In this document: piece after piece, positions 13,151 through 26,330 of the stretch
Layout: the number at the start of each line of letters is the position of its first letter
How positions within the stretch are numbered: position 1 is the first letter of the stretch
DNA from: Raja brachyura
Lineage: Eukaryota
Assembly (NCBI GenBank): GCA_963514005.1
Contig: OY740798.1
Span: 23,560,001-23,624,000 of the forward strand
Length of the DNA: 64,000 bases
Reading direction: 5' to 3'
Translations under genes and position numbers: made by a program
Notes under the pieces: model-generated
The model's input: the letters and a program-made list of their open reading frames with translations, nothing else
Databases searched by the model: none
What the model was told of the DNA's origin: nothing

Positions 13151-13595
13151 GAATTGAAAAAGATGCTCTATAGCTAAAGTTGACGCTTGAAATCAAATGC
13201 TCAACATTGAAAGACCAGCAGGAAGCAGAGGTTGAATTTTAAAGTAGAGGAGCCCAGGAATTGATAGTAGGTCTAGAATTGTGCTGCGGTTAGTCAGCTT
13301 ATTCCATTTCATTTTATGTTAAACTACATCTGACCAACCCTCGTCAGGCAGGAAGATTGGCCACTTAATGTGTAACTCCTTATATAGCTCAATAACTCAT
13401 TCAAAGCAATATCAATCTATGTATTCCAATTTAAATTTGGGTCTGTGAGTTTCCTGGTCCACCTGTAACTTGTCAGTAAAACTAATTCACCAGTGAACAA
13501 AAGTGTATGAATTGTAGCAAGCAAAGCATTTTCAGCAGAAAAATAGACGTATTATAAATACTTGCATATCCTTCTGAGTGTGCCGAGTGCTTTAT

Positions 13596-15667
13596 ATATT
13601 TAAATATTTTTATTTGAATTTCACAGCAATTTGCATACATACAATGATAACAGACAGTGATAGTCAGGACATAATTGTGCAACAGTATGTAAGCGACCCT
13701 CAAAGCCCTTACCCCCTCTCAATCCACCCGATTCAGGTCGGAACCAAACGGGGACAAACAACACTCACATACGTACACATCCACACAAATACGATAAGAT
13801 AAACGAAACAAAATGTACAACAACAACAAAAAAGGTGTGGGGGGGGGGGGGTTGAGGGGAGAGCAGCTGCAATAAGACAGAGCAGTGATAGAAGGCACTC
13901 AGTCCTCTTCCAAGTCCGGAAACAAGTTGAGAGAGTTAACAAGTTCTAGGAAAGGGTTCCATGTATCTAGGAATGTCTTGGTAGAGCCTTTGAGAGAGAA
14001 CCTAAGTTTTTCAAGCTTTAAATTGTAGAGCACCCCCTTGATCCAGCGGGCGTGTGTCGGGGGCAGGTAAACCTCCAGTTAAGCAAGATCAGTCTCCGGG
14101 CCAACAAGGTTGTAAAAACCAGGACCCGCTTCAACGCAACAGAGAGGTTGGTGTTGGGAGGAGTACCAAAAATAGCTGACAGTGGGTTTGGAGGAGTAGT
14201 CTGGCCATAGGCTCTGCTTATCACGTCGAAAGCACTCCTCCAAAAGGCTGCCAGCTTAGGACAAGACAAAACATATGGCTATGGTTGGCAGGGGATTGAT
14301 TACATTTGTTGCAGGTGTCCTTGACAGCGGGGTATATTCTAGATAATCTTGCATTTGTGTAGTGGACTTTGTGAAGGACCTTGCATTGGATTAGGCCATG
14401 ACGGGCACATATGGAGCAAGAATGGATCAAATCCAAGGCAGAGTCCCATTGCTGGTCTGTTAGTTTCATATTCAGCTCGCCCTCCCATGCAGCTTTTAAT
14501 GAGGTATGAGGATTCAATATTACCAACCCTAACAAGTTATACAAAAAAGAGATGCATTTCTTCCGGTTGGATCTAGAGCTAGGATGGAATCGGTCAGGGT
14601 TTCAAGGGGGCGATTTGGGAAGTGAGGGAATGTCTTCTTCACAAAATCCCTAATCTAGAAAAAAACGGAAAAGGTGGGAGTTTGGGAGGCTGTAGTTGGA
14701 CGAAAGCTCCGCAAAGGACGAAAAAATGCCATCCTTGTATAGGTTTTTGATACTACAGATACCATTACTATGCCAGGTTTTGAATGCGGAGTCTGTACTT
14801 GAAGGTTTAAAGATGTGATTTTTAAGCAGTGGGGTCAAGATGGAAGGGCCTTGTAAACCAAAGTTTTTCCCAAGTTGACTCCATATCTTGAGCGAGAGGG
14901 AAGCAATTGGGCCTGCACCCACAGATGTTGTAGAAATGGGGTGTTTGGAGCATAGAACAGACCGCAACGGGAGACGTGAACTCGCCTTTTCCATGTGTAC
15001 CCAGGTCGGTAGGTGGTCGCAATCATCATTCATCCAATACAGGATTTTTTGCAAGTTAGCTGCCCAATAGTATCGCCTAAAGTCAGGAAGTGCCAAACCG
15101 CTGTCACTCTTAGGAGACTGTAGTATCGTCTATCGAATTCTAGCCGGTTTGTTACCCCATAAAAATTTAGATATTCTCCTTTCTAATTTATCAAAAAAAG
15201 ATTTAGTGATAAGTATAGGGACGTGCTGGAAAAGATACAGGAATTTGGGTAGGACGACCATCTTGACCAAATTTATCCGGGCCGCGAAGGATAATGGTAA
15301 AACTGACCAGAGGTCAAAGTCTCTTTCAACTTTCTCAACCAGAGTCAGGAAGTTTGTGCGGAACATATCAGATATAGGTGTTGTGATAAAAACGCCGAGG
15401 TAGCGAAACCCGTCCTCCGCCCATTTAAACGAGGTTAAAGAGCGAGGGAGCTGCATTGCCAATGAGTAATCGATAATAGCTCACTTTTTTAGTAGTTAAG
15501 TTAATAACCAGAGTACGCACCGGACCGTTCTAAAATATTCATAATCACAGGGAGAGAGCTGACTGGATTCGAGATGTACAGAAGCAGGTCATCTGCATAC
15601 AATGAGACTTTATGAGTTGTATCAAACCGTGTAATACCTTTAAAGCCGTTCTCTGAGCGTAACCAAA
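13596..15667 (-). mobile_element. L1-clade LINE, 5'-truncated, with 13-bp TSD
   Basis: LYADDLLLY, RYLGV, RINLVKMVVLPKFLYLFQ, LPDFRRYYWA, Cys/His C-terminus; TSD CCGAGTGCTTTAT (13583-13595) / CCGAATGCTTTAT (15668-15680). Confidence 0.9.
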
Positions 15668-17244
15668 CCGAATGCTTTATTTAACATCTCAGAAGTAACA
15701 TCTGCATTTTGGAGCAGGTGAAGTCTGACTTGCATTTTGGAATTCTGATCTATCAACTCAACATGGATGTGGATTATGATATTTTATAGAGAATTCCAAT
15801 TGAGGATTAAATTACCAGCACAAGCATCTGCAAAGCAATATTGTACAGCTGACTGTTCCATAGTTTACAAGAGCATAGTGCAGTAAATAGATGCATCATG
15901 CAGAAGACACATTGTCAACTGGCAGCGGATAATTTTCTACAACATATCTGAATATTAATGCATGCAAATTCATTATTTAAATTTGGTGTCTCCGCTTTAA
16001 AGATAGTTATCAGTCATTTACTCCACAGGACTGTGTATACTAAGTTATTGAGTATATTTGTGGATGAGAAGAATAAATCTTTGGACCATAAGGGAATCAA
16101 GAATGGTGGAGATATGTGGAATGAGGCAAAATAATTATTTCACTCATGTTTACCGAATGGCAAAAGAGCCCTGAAGTGAATAGACATATGCCTGCTCCAA
16201 TTTCTTGTATTATTTTGTAGATTTGAAATTATACCTCTAAATCTTAAATTTAGGCCTCAAATTTTCTAAAGTTTGGAACATATTTCCTTAACTTCCGTAT
16301 CTTGGAAAGTAAATTATCATTATCTCCAGCAATCTAAATTGCATTAAAATTTTGTTTGGCCAATGATGCAATACAATTGTCCAAATTTAGGTCTTGTCGT
16401 TGAAAGCACTCTGAGCCCTTCCTGTGCTTCTCGTGCAATTTACTCATTAGAATTTCCATTCTGCTGCTTAACATTGTGATCTTTCAAGCAATTCATTTTC
16501 AGGATGTTCCTGCTCTTACCGATAAAATGTTTCTTCTATTGCATACTTAATCGCTGTGCAATAGATTGTTGGCCCAAGTACCAGAAGACGTTTACAATGA
16601 TAAGGGGAATTTAGAGCTGAGGTTAGAACCTGGACCTTTGTGACAATCATTTTTTGTTTGTGCCCTTCCCACCACATCCTCTTCTGTTCAAGCTATTCTG
16701 CTGCAATGCACAAAGGCATTGTTTCAGAAATATGAGTCAGTTTTCTCAGTGCTTGGTCATACATTCTACTTTCAGATGAAAGCATAAAGTGCAACATGAC
16801 AACTAGCCAGGGCTTTGTTTTCTCCAGCAATTATTATCATTTTCGAGTCGGTGAATTTTCACATTTTTCAACTTGTTGATGAGGAATAGCTTTACAATCT
16901 ACAAGAATTTTGTAAGAATTTGGGAATAATACCAAATCTGTCAAGATTGCATTTATCTTCATACAAAAAAAAACCTCTCATTCCCTACCTACGAACAAAC
17001 CCCTTGTTTTAAATGTTGAGCAAATATACTTGACCTGAACATCCTGCCAATGGCAAACCACAATGCTCGTTGCTGGCCCACAAGGTAAGTGCAAATTATC
17101 TTCCTGAAGCTGTCCAGGTCTAAAATGATGAAAGGATCCCGCACAAAGCAATCAACACTCTGGAACTAGATCAGCTCAGGAAATAGCAGAAAATAACTTT
17201 GAAAGATAGAAAAGCCACAACACCTAACATTGTCAGACTTGGAA

Positions 17245-17560
17245 TCTATTGTTGGGAGGAGGGGGGTGGGGGGGAGGAGGGGTTGGAAGAAAGCTGGAAA
17301 AGGGGAGAGGTAGGACAAAGCATGGTAGATAATAGGTTGACATAGGCACATTTTATTTTGAAAGGCAGATGGTTGGAAAAAAGGCCAGAACAGAAGGCAT
17401 GAGATGGGTTTGAGGTGCTGCAGATTGTGAAGCCAGATAGAGCAAAGCAGGAGAGGGGGTGGAGGGGAGAAATAGTGGGAGTCCAGGTGGAGCACAGGTG
17501 AGGGAAGGGGGGGTTGCAGAGAGGGAGGAGGCTGTGAATACCTTGTCTGAGAAGTCTATC
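17245..17560 (-). mobile_element. Penelope-like 3' UTR fragment (degraded)
   Basis: Purine-rich tract similar to 12750-12960. Confidence 0.45.
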
Positions 17561-17955
17561 TTTGGGGACCTTGAGGACATCAATTATGATATTCTTTCTG
17601 TTCATGTTTTGAGGTGATGATGATAATAATAGAGTGGATTAGATGATAATAATAGAGTGGATTAGATGGTTGCCAGTTTAACATTCATCGGTACCCGTCA
17701 TGGCTCAAATGACATAATCGCAGTTCTTCACACAGACAATAGTGTCATTTAACTGGTGCCAGTGCTTGGACTGCACATGTTGCCATGATATCTTGTGCTT
17801 ATCCTTCTAATGAAGTATGATGTTCATCATCATGAGGTCATGCTCCAAGCATTTTGTGTATAGAAGGACTCGTTGGCCTCGCCTAAAGCTTCCAGACTCA
17901 GTTTTAACAGTGTCAAAAAGTCAGAAGGTATTCATTAATTCTGCATATAATGACC

Positions 17956-18023
17956 AGCTCATTCTTAATAACAAAGATTAGCTCATTCTTAATAACAAAG
18001 ATTAGCTCATTCTTAATGACAAA
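17956..18023. repeat. 24-bp tandem repeat, ~2.8 copies
   Basis: AGCTCATTCTTAATAACAAAGATT x2 plus a partial third copy. Confidence 0.9.
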
Positions 18024-18106
18024 CCCTTTCCGGTTTGCCCCTTCAAAAGATACCTACTGCCTTGTTCTCTAAACTGATCGTCATCTCTGACTCAGTGCAA
18101 AGATGT

Positions 18107-18513
18107 TAGAAACATAGAAAATAGGTGCAGCAGTAGGCCATTTGGCCCTTTGAGCCTGCACCACCATTCAATATGATCATGGCTGATCATCCAACTCAGT
18201 ATCCTGTACCTGCCTTCTCTCCATACCCCCTGATCCCTTTAGCCACAAACATAGAAATGAGGTGCAGGAGTAGGCCATTCGGCCCTTCGAGCCTGCACCG
18301 CCATTCAATATGATCATAGCTGATTATCCAACTCAGTATCCCGTACCTGCCTTCTCCACATACCCTCTGATCCCCTTAGCCACAAGGGCCACATCTAACT
18401 CCCTCTTAAATATAGCCAATGAACTGGCCTCAACTACCCTCTGTGGCAGAGTGTTCCAGAGACCCACCACTCTCTGTGTGAAAAGAGCCACAAGGGCCAC
18501 ATCTAACTCACTC
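18107..18513 (-). mobile_element. Two tandem CR1 3' ends
   Basis: GGTGCAG.AGTAGGCCATT.GGCCCTT.GAGCCTGCAC occurs twice (~18123, ~18261), each with a TTTCTATG-type tail. Confidence 0.88.
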
Positions 18514-18679
18514 TTATGTTGGACATCAACATGTTTGACATGTTGATGTCAAACAATCTGAGTTCCAGAATTATGATAGCATGGTGGTGTTCAGGTGTGT
18601 TGCTTTTTGGATAGACAGTGCCATAATTTCCACACGGTTTTCAAAGAGCAGTCTTGATGCAATTAAACTAACTGGAGAC

Positions 18680-19486
18680 ATAGATTATTACATAGATTGC
18701 ATTATTCAAAAACCAAACTGAATAGAATTTTTCCAAGTGTTTCCCCTATTTGTGATAAATGTCAACACTTAGAGGCTAACCTAACGCACACATTCATAAG
18801 TTATATAAAAATTAATAATTTTTGGATGGAAAATTTTAAGATAATCTCAGAAGTCGTCAATACCAAACTGGTTCCTGACTCAAAATTAATAATATTAGGA
18901 ATAACAGAACAAAATCAATTCATTACTTCGAATCAAAGAACTTTTATTGATTATAGTTTAATAATTTGGAAGAAATTAATATTAAAATTTTGGAAAGGAC
19001 CTATAACCCCCACAATTAAAATGTGGACTACAGAAATGACGGAGACTCTATATTTGGAAAGATTAAGATTTGTCTTAATGAACAAACAAGAACTATTTAA
19101 AATAATATGGTTTCCATTTATTGAATATTTGAAGGGGCAAACTGGTTCGGCACGAGAACCCGACTGAATCCGGAATCAAAGAATAGATGAAGAAATACAT
19201 TTCATAAAAAGCGGATATATCTCCAACGATGCATAATCTGTAGAACATTCCATTCTTTCTCAACTTCCTACCCTTTTTTTTGTTTCACCTTTCTCTATTA
19301 ATTTCTATCTTTATAAAAAATGGAAAAAAATATATAGAAGTACAATTATTATGCAATTGTTAATATAAATAATACTGATAATGTATATCTACAAAGAACA
19401 AAATACTTTTTATTATGTAGACAACGAACAAACTGCTTTTTATTATGTAGTTGTTTCTAATTAATAAAAAAAATTAACAAACAAAA
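18680..19486 (+). mobile_element. L1-clade LINE 3' fragment with 15-bp TSD
   Basis: ORF2 C-terminus (CDKCQHLEANLTH...ILKFWK...YLERL...IWFPF), AATAAA plus A-tail; TSD AAACTAACTGGAGAC at 18665-18679 and 19487-19501. Confidence 0.9.
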
Positions 19487-19720
19487 AAACTAACTGGAGA
19501 CCAGACTGTGCTACATAGGTATGATTGCTCATACACTGGTGGGCATGGGACAATTGCACATCTGTGGCCGAACATGGATATAGTTGGCATTTCATTAATT
19601 CCATGAGTGCAAACAAATTAACCATATGAAAAATAACGATTATGAATTGAAGGGAACATGCAAAGTCCTTGAATCATCCAGCATAGTCCATTCCTACTAG
19701 AGAGGGGCATGCATATAATA

Positions 19721-21203
19721 GCAATGTTACAACATTTTGAGATTTAAAAAATCAAGTCTGCAATTTTTCCCATCAGTTAACCATAAAAAGAAGTTAAATT
19801 TGACACCTAATTCACTTTCATATCTTCAGTATTAAAAACAGTAATAGTCTTGTTCCCTATTGCTTTTCCATTGACTTAACACAAAAGCTGTGATCAAGGA
19901 CAGTCAAAAGCCCATAACTTTCTTAAAAATTAAGAGAACTGAAAGAAATTTTCAGTTATTACAGATGGAAGCATTCTGAAACAAATATGAAAGAATCTTG
20001 CTTGGATGACCTGAAATTAAAGCATATAATTAGTAAGTTACCCAATTGTAGCTAATTAAAAAATTCAATTACTAGATCTAAACATCTATCTATTTCTTAA
20101 GAAAAAATTAACATTTTTAAATAGCCTAAGTGTTCAAATAACATTCACACAAGAATTCACAATAGAACATGATTTTTAAATCTCATTGTCATGCATTTAT
20201 AGGCCAAATGGAAGGAATTTAATGTTTAATTCCCGTAAATTAATGGGCATTTAAATCATCTTGCGAGTGGCATTTTGTGGACGCGATCAATTGGAATGTT
20301 GCGGTTACGGTGATTTTAAACCTCATATCGACAGGAAAAACACTGCCGGTTCGTATGGGGAATAAATCACCGTTTCACAACGTAAAATGTGGATTAAAGG
20401 CATCTTAAGAAGCACTTTTATACATAGAAAAATAGGTGCAGGAGTAGGCCATTCGGCCCTTCGAGCCTGCACCGCCATTCAATGTGATCATGGCTGATCA
20501 TCCAACTCAGTATCCCGTACCTGCCTTCTCTCCATACCCCCTGATCCCTTTAGCCACAAGTGCCACATCTAACGCCCTCTTAAATATAGCCAATGAACTG
20601 GCCTCAACTGCCTTCTGTGGCAGAGAATACAGAGACTCACCACTCTCTGAGTAAAGAATGTTTTCCTCATCTCGGTCCTAAACGAATTCCCCCTTATCCT
20701 TAGACTGTGACCCCTTGTTCTGGGCTCCCCCAACATCGGGAACAATCTTCCAGCATCTAGCTTGTCCAACCCCTTAAGAATTTTGTAAGTTTCTGTAAGA
20801 TCTCCCCTCAATCTTCTAAATTCCAGCGAGTACCAGCCGAGTCTATCCAGTCTTTCCTCATATGAAAGTCTTGACATCCCAGGACATAAAATAAACGGTT
20901 CCTTTACCTGTCCTGTACGTGAAATCTGTCCCCGTTATCGGCGTTGACGGCTTTAGAAACTGATTTTTAAATTACTCCAGCGCTGAACTTGTCGGGCGAT
21001 TTAAAAAAAAAATTCACAGAATGGCAGTCGGAACAATTCTTCAGCAAAAGCTTGCATTCCGAGAAAATATATTTAGGACAGGTAGGAGAAGCACCGCAAT
21101 TTAACCCCGCCCCCCCCCCCCCCCCCCCCCAAAGGCGCCAAAGTCACGCACACAGCCAGTGGCAGAACTACAGCGCCGCTGAAGGTAAGTTGTGTAACAT
21201 AGC
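19721..21203. mobile_element. Non-autonomous DNA transposon with short TIRs and TA flanks
   Basis: TA|GCAATGTTACA ... TGTAACATAGC|TA; no ORF; interrupted by a CR1. Confidence 0.65.
20424..20883 (-). mobile_element. CR1 LINE 3' end nested in the DNA transposon
   Basis: LSYEERLDRLG, RRLRGDLTETYKIL, RTRGHSL; ACATA on both sides may be a TSD. Confidence 0.92.
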
Positions 21204-21949
21204 TAATATCATATAGTGACTGCTTCTATTCGTGGCTTTAATATTTCAACTGCCTTGTTGAAGTAAAGAAATGGACAGCCATGCTAGGTATCTTTTCTCT
21301 TTAATAGGAACATCTGTAGGAATTGGAGAGCAGTAATTCTCTGATTCAGGTCTTCGTTATCAACGCATCGTTACCCCACTTGGCTATTTGCACCTAGAGC
21401 TTAGCACACTTACTCAACATATACGTTGTAAAATACCAAAGGATTGTTTTGAGTTCCCACTTGCCTTGACTTTACCACAAAGATTACACACATTTCAGAC
21501 AGTATCACGTAAATATTTGAAATAGGGGACATGAAGGTTTTGGCATGTTCCCTAATTTTCTTTTGCATTAATTTACATTGTACATTATTCCCTACTTTAT
21601 ATAAACTTTGTGACATTCCAAAATTATTAAGCAAAATTGAATTATATTAATTTGTCATCTGGGGAAGAGAATTGAAATGGTCCCAGTGCAAATATTTTTA
21701 AATAACTATTTTCTCAGCTCTGAAATAGATACACCCAGCTTACATTACGGCAATGCAAGTTTTATATCGCTTGCCAATCTACAGTAGCTTTCCTGAGTAA
21801 TTGGTTATTTAGTAGAGAATTAGAGTTCATTTTCATCTCTCATCATAATGTATGTAACTCCAAGTGTATCTTTAAACTGCACAAATGTCATTGCAACATT
21901 GTTGTGGCACATATTATAGTTTGACAATGGGTGTCTTCAGAAAAGAAGG

Positions 21950-22245
21950 TTTAATTTAGAGATACAGCATAGAAATAGGCCTTTCGGCCCTCTGAGTCTA
22001 CGCCAACCATCACCCGCACACTAGTTTCCCATTCATGTTATCCCATTCTTGCATCTCAGGACCATTTTACAGAAGCCAATTATGCTACAAATTTGCACAT
22101 CTTTGGAATATGGGAGGAAACGGGGGTACCCGGAGAAAACCCACGCGGTCACAGGGAGAACGTACAAACTCCGCACAGACATCACCTGTAGTCAGGATCG
22201 AACCTGGGTCTCTGGCGCTGTGAGGCAGCAGCTCCAGCACTGCAC
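21950..22245 (-). mobile_element. tRNA-derived SINE (HE1/V-SINE type)
   Basis: Reverse complement of the SINE core (GGGAGGAAAC...CCGGAGAAAACCCACGCGGTCACAGGGAGAA) and B-box (GGATCGAACC). Confidence 0.87.
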
Positions 22246-23029
22246 CCTAGGTTCTGTTAGCTATTTCTAGATTGCGTAAATGTAGTTGAAGCAACATTAA
22301 AGAAACCTGCAGTTACTACACTGAGGACAAGTTTGGGATAGTGTTGTTTGTGAGAATAAGAAGAGACAGAGATCCAGGTGAAACAAGAGAACCTGGTTCT
22401 CTGAGCAGGAGGACATATGGGGAACAACAGGACCAGAGAAACCCGCAATACACTCGTGTCCTGGATTGTAACAGTGCAAATTAACTTGCATAGAACTTTT
22501 GGAGCCAACAACATAAGTTAAGAAGAAATACTTCAGCCTCATGCTTGTGGCTGAAATATTTATACATAACTTAGCTTTAGTTAGGAGTGACTAATGTGGA
22601 GATGAAACGTGTAACTATCTGAGATGTTAAATATTTCTTAAAAAAATAACCAAAATGGTGGGTATTTGATGGATCAATAGGTAACTATTGTATGCTTTCT
22701 GCGTACTATCTACAATTTATCTACACCTGCAGTCTCTTAAGTGTCCATAACACTATTATTTCCTGTTGTAAAGCATGATTACAGATTAATACATAAATCT
22801 AGCTTTTATTAGAGATGTCAGTACAAATTCATGATTGAATGTTGGTCAATTGAAATGTACTGAGTTTTTTTAGGATGTTGATAAAGTGCCTGGTATTGGT
22901 TGCTCCTGTTTATTTAACACAAATTTGAGGTAGGCATTTCACAAGCAGTTTTCATATATAAAATCATAGCTGTTGCATTACAAATAAAATAGCAATATTT
23001 GTTAATGAGCGCATGTGTTTTCGATTCAG

Positions 23030-23182
23030 AGCACCTTGTGAAGATGTCATTAGAAGATCTCCGAGAATTCCTTCAAGAAATTATGTCTAAAAACTTTCAT
23101 TATGAAGATGACGTTGTTATTGATCAACTGGAAAAGTCAATATCTGAGCTTAGAAAACTAAAACTTGAACTTCCTCCACCAG
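23030..23182 (+). CDS. USP6NL/RN-tre-like TBC Rab-GAP, internal coding exon (153 nt)
   Basis: TTCAG|AG...CCAG|GTATGT; (K)HLVKMSLEDLREFLQEIMSKNFHYEDDVVIDQLEKSISELRKLKLELPPP; phase 1 to 1. Confidence 0.95.
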
Positions 23183-24427
23183 GTATGTAGCAAATCTAAG
23201 TTTTAAGAAAATTTGTGAAAAGCACAAAAATGCATTTTAATAAATTGTATATTTAATTTCCATAATTTAAAATAATTCCACATTTCTGCTCCTTCCGACC
23301 TTTGATTAGCTTTTTGTTTCCACTCACCTTCCCATTGTGTGCACTGCCATATCAACTAAGCTACAGAGCGAAATTCAGGTTGTATGTGTATGGTTTTTGC
23401 TCCAAATTAATGAATTTCAGGTGGTGTTCCTTTTCCAAAAAGAGAAAATAGTCTTCAATTGTCATCTTGTCAGAGAGTTTCCAAAGTACGAATCTTAATA
23501 TAAATAACTGGATGCATTGACATAAAATAACAATTGCTTAGATTTTTTTAAGATAAATCAACACTAACGGGTGAATTTTATAAAAGTGTCCTGGTTGTGC
23601 AAAGATGCTAACTCTGGTTGGATATTATTCATTAACATCTAATTGCATAATCTTATTTTCAATTGTCACCTCGCCTATTTATTTTTCCACGGCAAAATTA
23701 GTGCTGATAAACTGAACAATAGCCACAATTTTCCAGATCGCTGATTATTTATCTCCTGGGTTACATATAAATTTGATTGAATGTCAGATGATAAAGATGA
23801 TTAAATTTATTTCTATCGTATACTGCGGGTTCACTTGAAACTTTTCATCCATTTCCTGTTGGTACAGCATCTGATGTTTAGCTTTAAAAAAAAAAAAAGC
23901 TGGAGGAACTCAGCAGGACAGACAGCATCTGTGAAGGAGTGTGACAAAGCCTGGCATATCTCCCCCTCACCCCCCACACACGCACATGCACACAGCTGGA
24001 TCAATCTATCATGTAGCAGATACATAGAACAGTACAGGACACGAATGGCCCTTCAGCCCACACTGTGTGTGCCAAAGATTAGGCGAAGACCACCCCTTAT
24101 TTACGTGCTTATAATCCCTTTGCCTCAATTCCCTGCATATCCATATGCCTATCCAAAAGTATCTTAAATGCCGCTGTCGCATCTGCCTAAATCACCACCT
24201 CCAGCAGCAAATTCCAGGCTGTGCAACCCTCTGTGTAAAAAGAACTTGCCCCTCATATCTCCTTTAAACCTTGTCCCTCTCACCTTAATGCTATACTCTC
24301 TAGTATTTACTTTTTCCATCCTGGGAAAAAGCTTCCAACTGTCTATCCTTACTATTTATTTAAGGTAGACAAAACTGCTGGAGAAACTCAGCGGATGAGG
24401 CAGCATCTATGGAGTGAAGGAATAGGT

Positions 24428-24455
24428 GACATTTCGGGTCGAGACCCTTCTTCAG
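24428..24455 (-). ncRNA. Minimal hammerhead-ribozyme core in a Penelope-derived repeat
   Basis: Minus strand reads CUGAAGA-A-GGGUC-UC-GACCC-GAAA-UG-UC: CUGANGA and GAAA boxes, stem II, minimal stem III, UC cleavage site; helix I not verified. Confidence 0.65.
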
Positions 24456-24489
24456 TCTATCCTAACTATGTCTCTCATAATCTTATAGA

Positions 24490-25226
24490 TTGTAAACCCT
24501 TGTTTTAATGGACCCCTTTATAATGGATTTTGAATATAGTGAATGGACCCCCCACACGCAGTGCCTCCACAGCTGCTTAGAGTGCAGGCTTCGGAGAGCC
24601 CCCACCCAGCTCACAAGGTGTACCTTCCTCACAACACTTCTTCCTTCGCTTTGTCTGCTCAACTTCATCACCTCCTCCATGTCCCGTCGCTCTGTCCACT
24701 CGGCCTTTACACCCACCTCCCCTCCATCCCCATCTCCTCCTCCCCCAGAATCACTGACATACTCCGCCTTGAAAACGGCAACCGGTGAGAGGAGAGGGAG
24801 CACCACAGTGACTGGGCGTGTCATGTCGTTGGCAGTGGCCTGAAGAAAGAGCTGTCCCCAGAGACTACAGCATGAGCCGCAACAACAGCCGCGTGAACCG
24901 GTGAAGCAGAGCTCGCTGGTGCAGGCCAGCGGCATGGCGCCTAGTTTCAATGTGAATCAACACAAAGTGATGGAGTAAGTCAGCAGAATGAATCAGTTTG
25001 AAGCAGCGTCCCAACGTCACCTATCCATGTTATCCAGCGCAGCTTTCTGACCAGCTGAGTTACTCCAGCACTTTGTGTCTTTTTGTGTATTTACCTCATC
25101 TGCAGTTCTTTGCTTCAACTACACATAACGATGAGTTCTTACTCAGTTATAATGGACAATCAGCAATAATGGACACCATTCTCCCCCCCCCCCCCCCCCC
25201 ATGTCTGTTAAAACATAGGTTTACTG
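24490..25226. mobile_element. Tigger/pogo-like non-autonomous DNA transposon
   Basis: Imperfect TIRs TTGTAAACCCTTGTTTTAA / TTAAAACATAGGTTTACTG|TA; subterminal (T)AATGGAC repeats at both ends. Confidence 0.6.
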
Positions 25227-25616
25227 TACTTCCCTGAAACCATGCCATTCCAGAGAAAACAATCAAAGTCTGTCCAACTAATCCTTGTAGCGAAAACCTT
25301 CTAATCCAAGCATTATCTGGTAAACCTTCACATCCTTCCAGTAATGTGATGATCAGAATTTCACGCAATACACAAAATGCGGCCTAACCAAAGTCATATT
25401 AAAGCTGCATCATAACTTCCTGACTCTTGTACTCAGCTTGCCAGGCATTGTCTCACCCTGCATTTCTTTCCAGGTTTTCTCCCCCAAACTCCAATCATTT
25501 GAAGAAGAGTCCAGACATATGACACATTCCCTCCACAGACGTTACTTGACTATATGTTTTTCCAGCACATTGTTCTTTGCTCAAGATTCCAGCATATGCA
25601 GTTTCATGTCTCCGAT

Positions 25617-25803
25617 GGTTACACAAAAAGCTGGAAAAACTCAGCGGGTGCAGCAGCATGTAAGGAGCGAAGGAGATAGGCGACGTTTCGGGTCGAGACC
25701 CTGCTTCAGATTGAAGAAGGGTCTCGACCCGAAACGTCGCCTATCTCCTTCGCTCCTTAGATGCTGCTGCACCCGCTGAGTTTCTCCAGCTTCATGTGTA
25801 ACC
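25617..25803. repeat. ~187-bp palindrome of two inverted Penelope-derived terminal repeats
   Basis: GGTTACACA..AAGCTGGA...CTTCA|GAT|TGAAG...TCCAGCTT..TGTGTAACC with few mismatches. Confidence 0.9.
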
Positions 25804-25964
25804 CTCGATTCTCCAGCATCTGCAGTTCCTGCTTTAAAACTTCATGTCTCCGATGTTTAGGTCTATGATACCACCTTGTGTTCATTTGAGGGAATGCACA
25901 TGCAATTTAACCAATAGGACTGAGGCGGCACCATTTGTAGAGAGTGACCATAACCATTGTGTAT

Positions 25965-26330
25965 AATATCATGGGGGGGGATAAATAGGGTGAATGTACA
26001 GAATATTTTTCCCAGGGTAAGGAAATCAAAAACTAGAGAGTGTAGGTTCAAGGTGAGAGGAGAAAGATTTAATAGGAACCTGATGGGCTAGTTCTTGACA
26101 CAGAGGGTGATAGGTATAGGGAATGAGCTGTCAGACGAAGTAGTTAAAGTAGGTTCAATAACAACACTTAAAGGACATTGGAAAGGTACATGATTAGGAA
26201 AGGTTTTGAGAGATATGGGCCAAACACGGGTAAATGGCACTGGCTTAGATGGCATATCTTGGTCAGCATGCATGTTGGGCCGAAGGGCCTATTTCCATGC
26301 TGTGTGACTCCATGACTGACTCTATGACTA
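25965..26330 (+). mobile_element. CR1 LINE 3' end (older subfamily)
   Basis: CACAGAGGGTGATAGGTATAGGGAATGAGCTG, GGGCCGAAGGGCCT hairpin, (TGACTCTA)-like tail. Confidence 0.8.

Larger units (their letters stand above)
24020..25440 (-). mobile_element. CR1 3' fragment carrying nested Penelope-derived and Tigger-like insertions
   Basis: CR1-like sequence at 24020-24355, 24457-24487 and 25230-25440. Confidence 0.65.
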
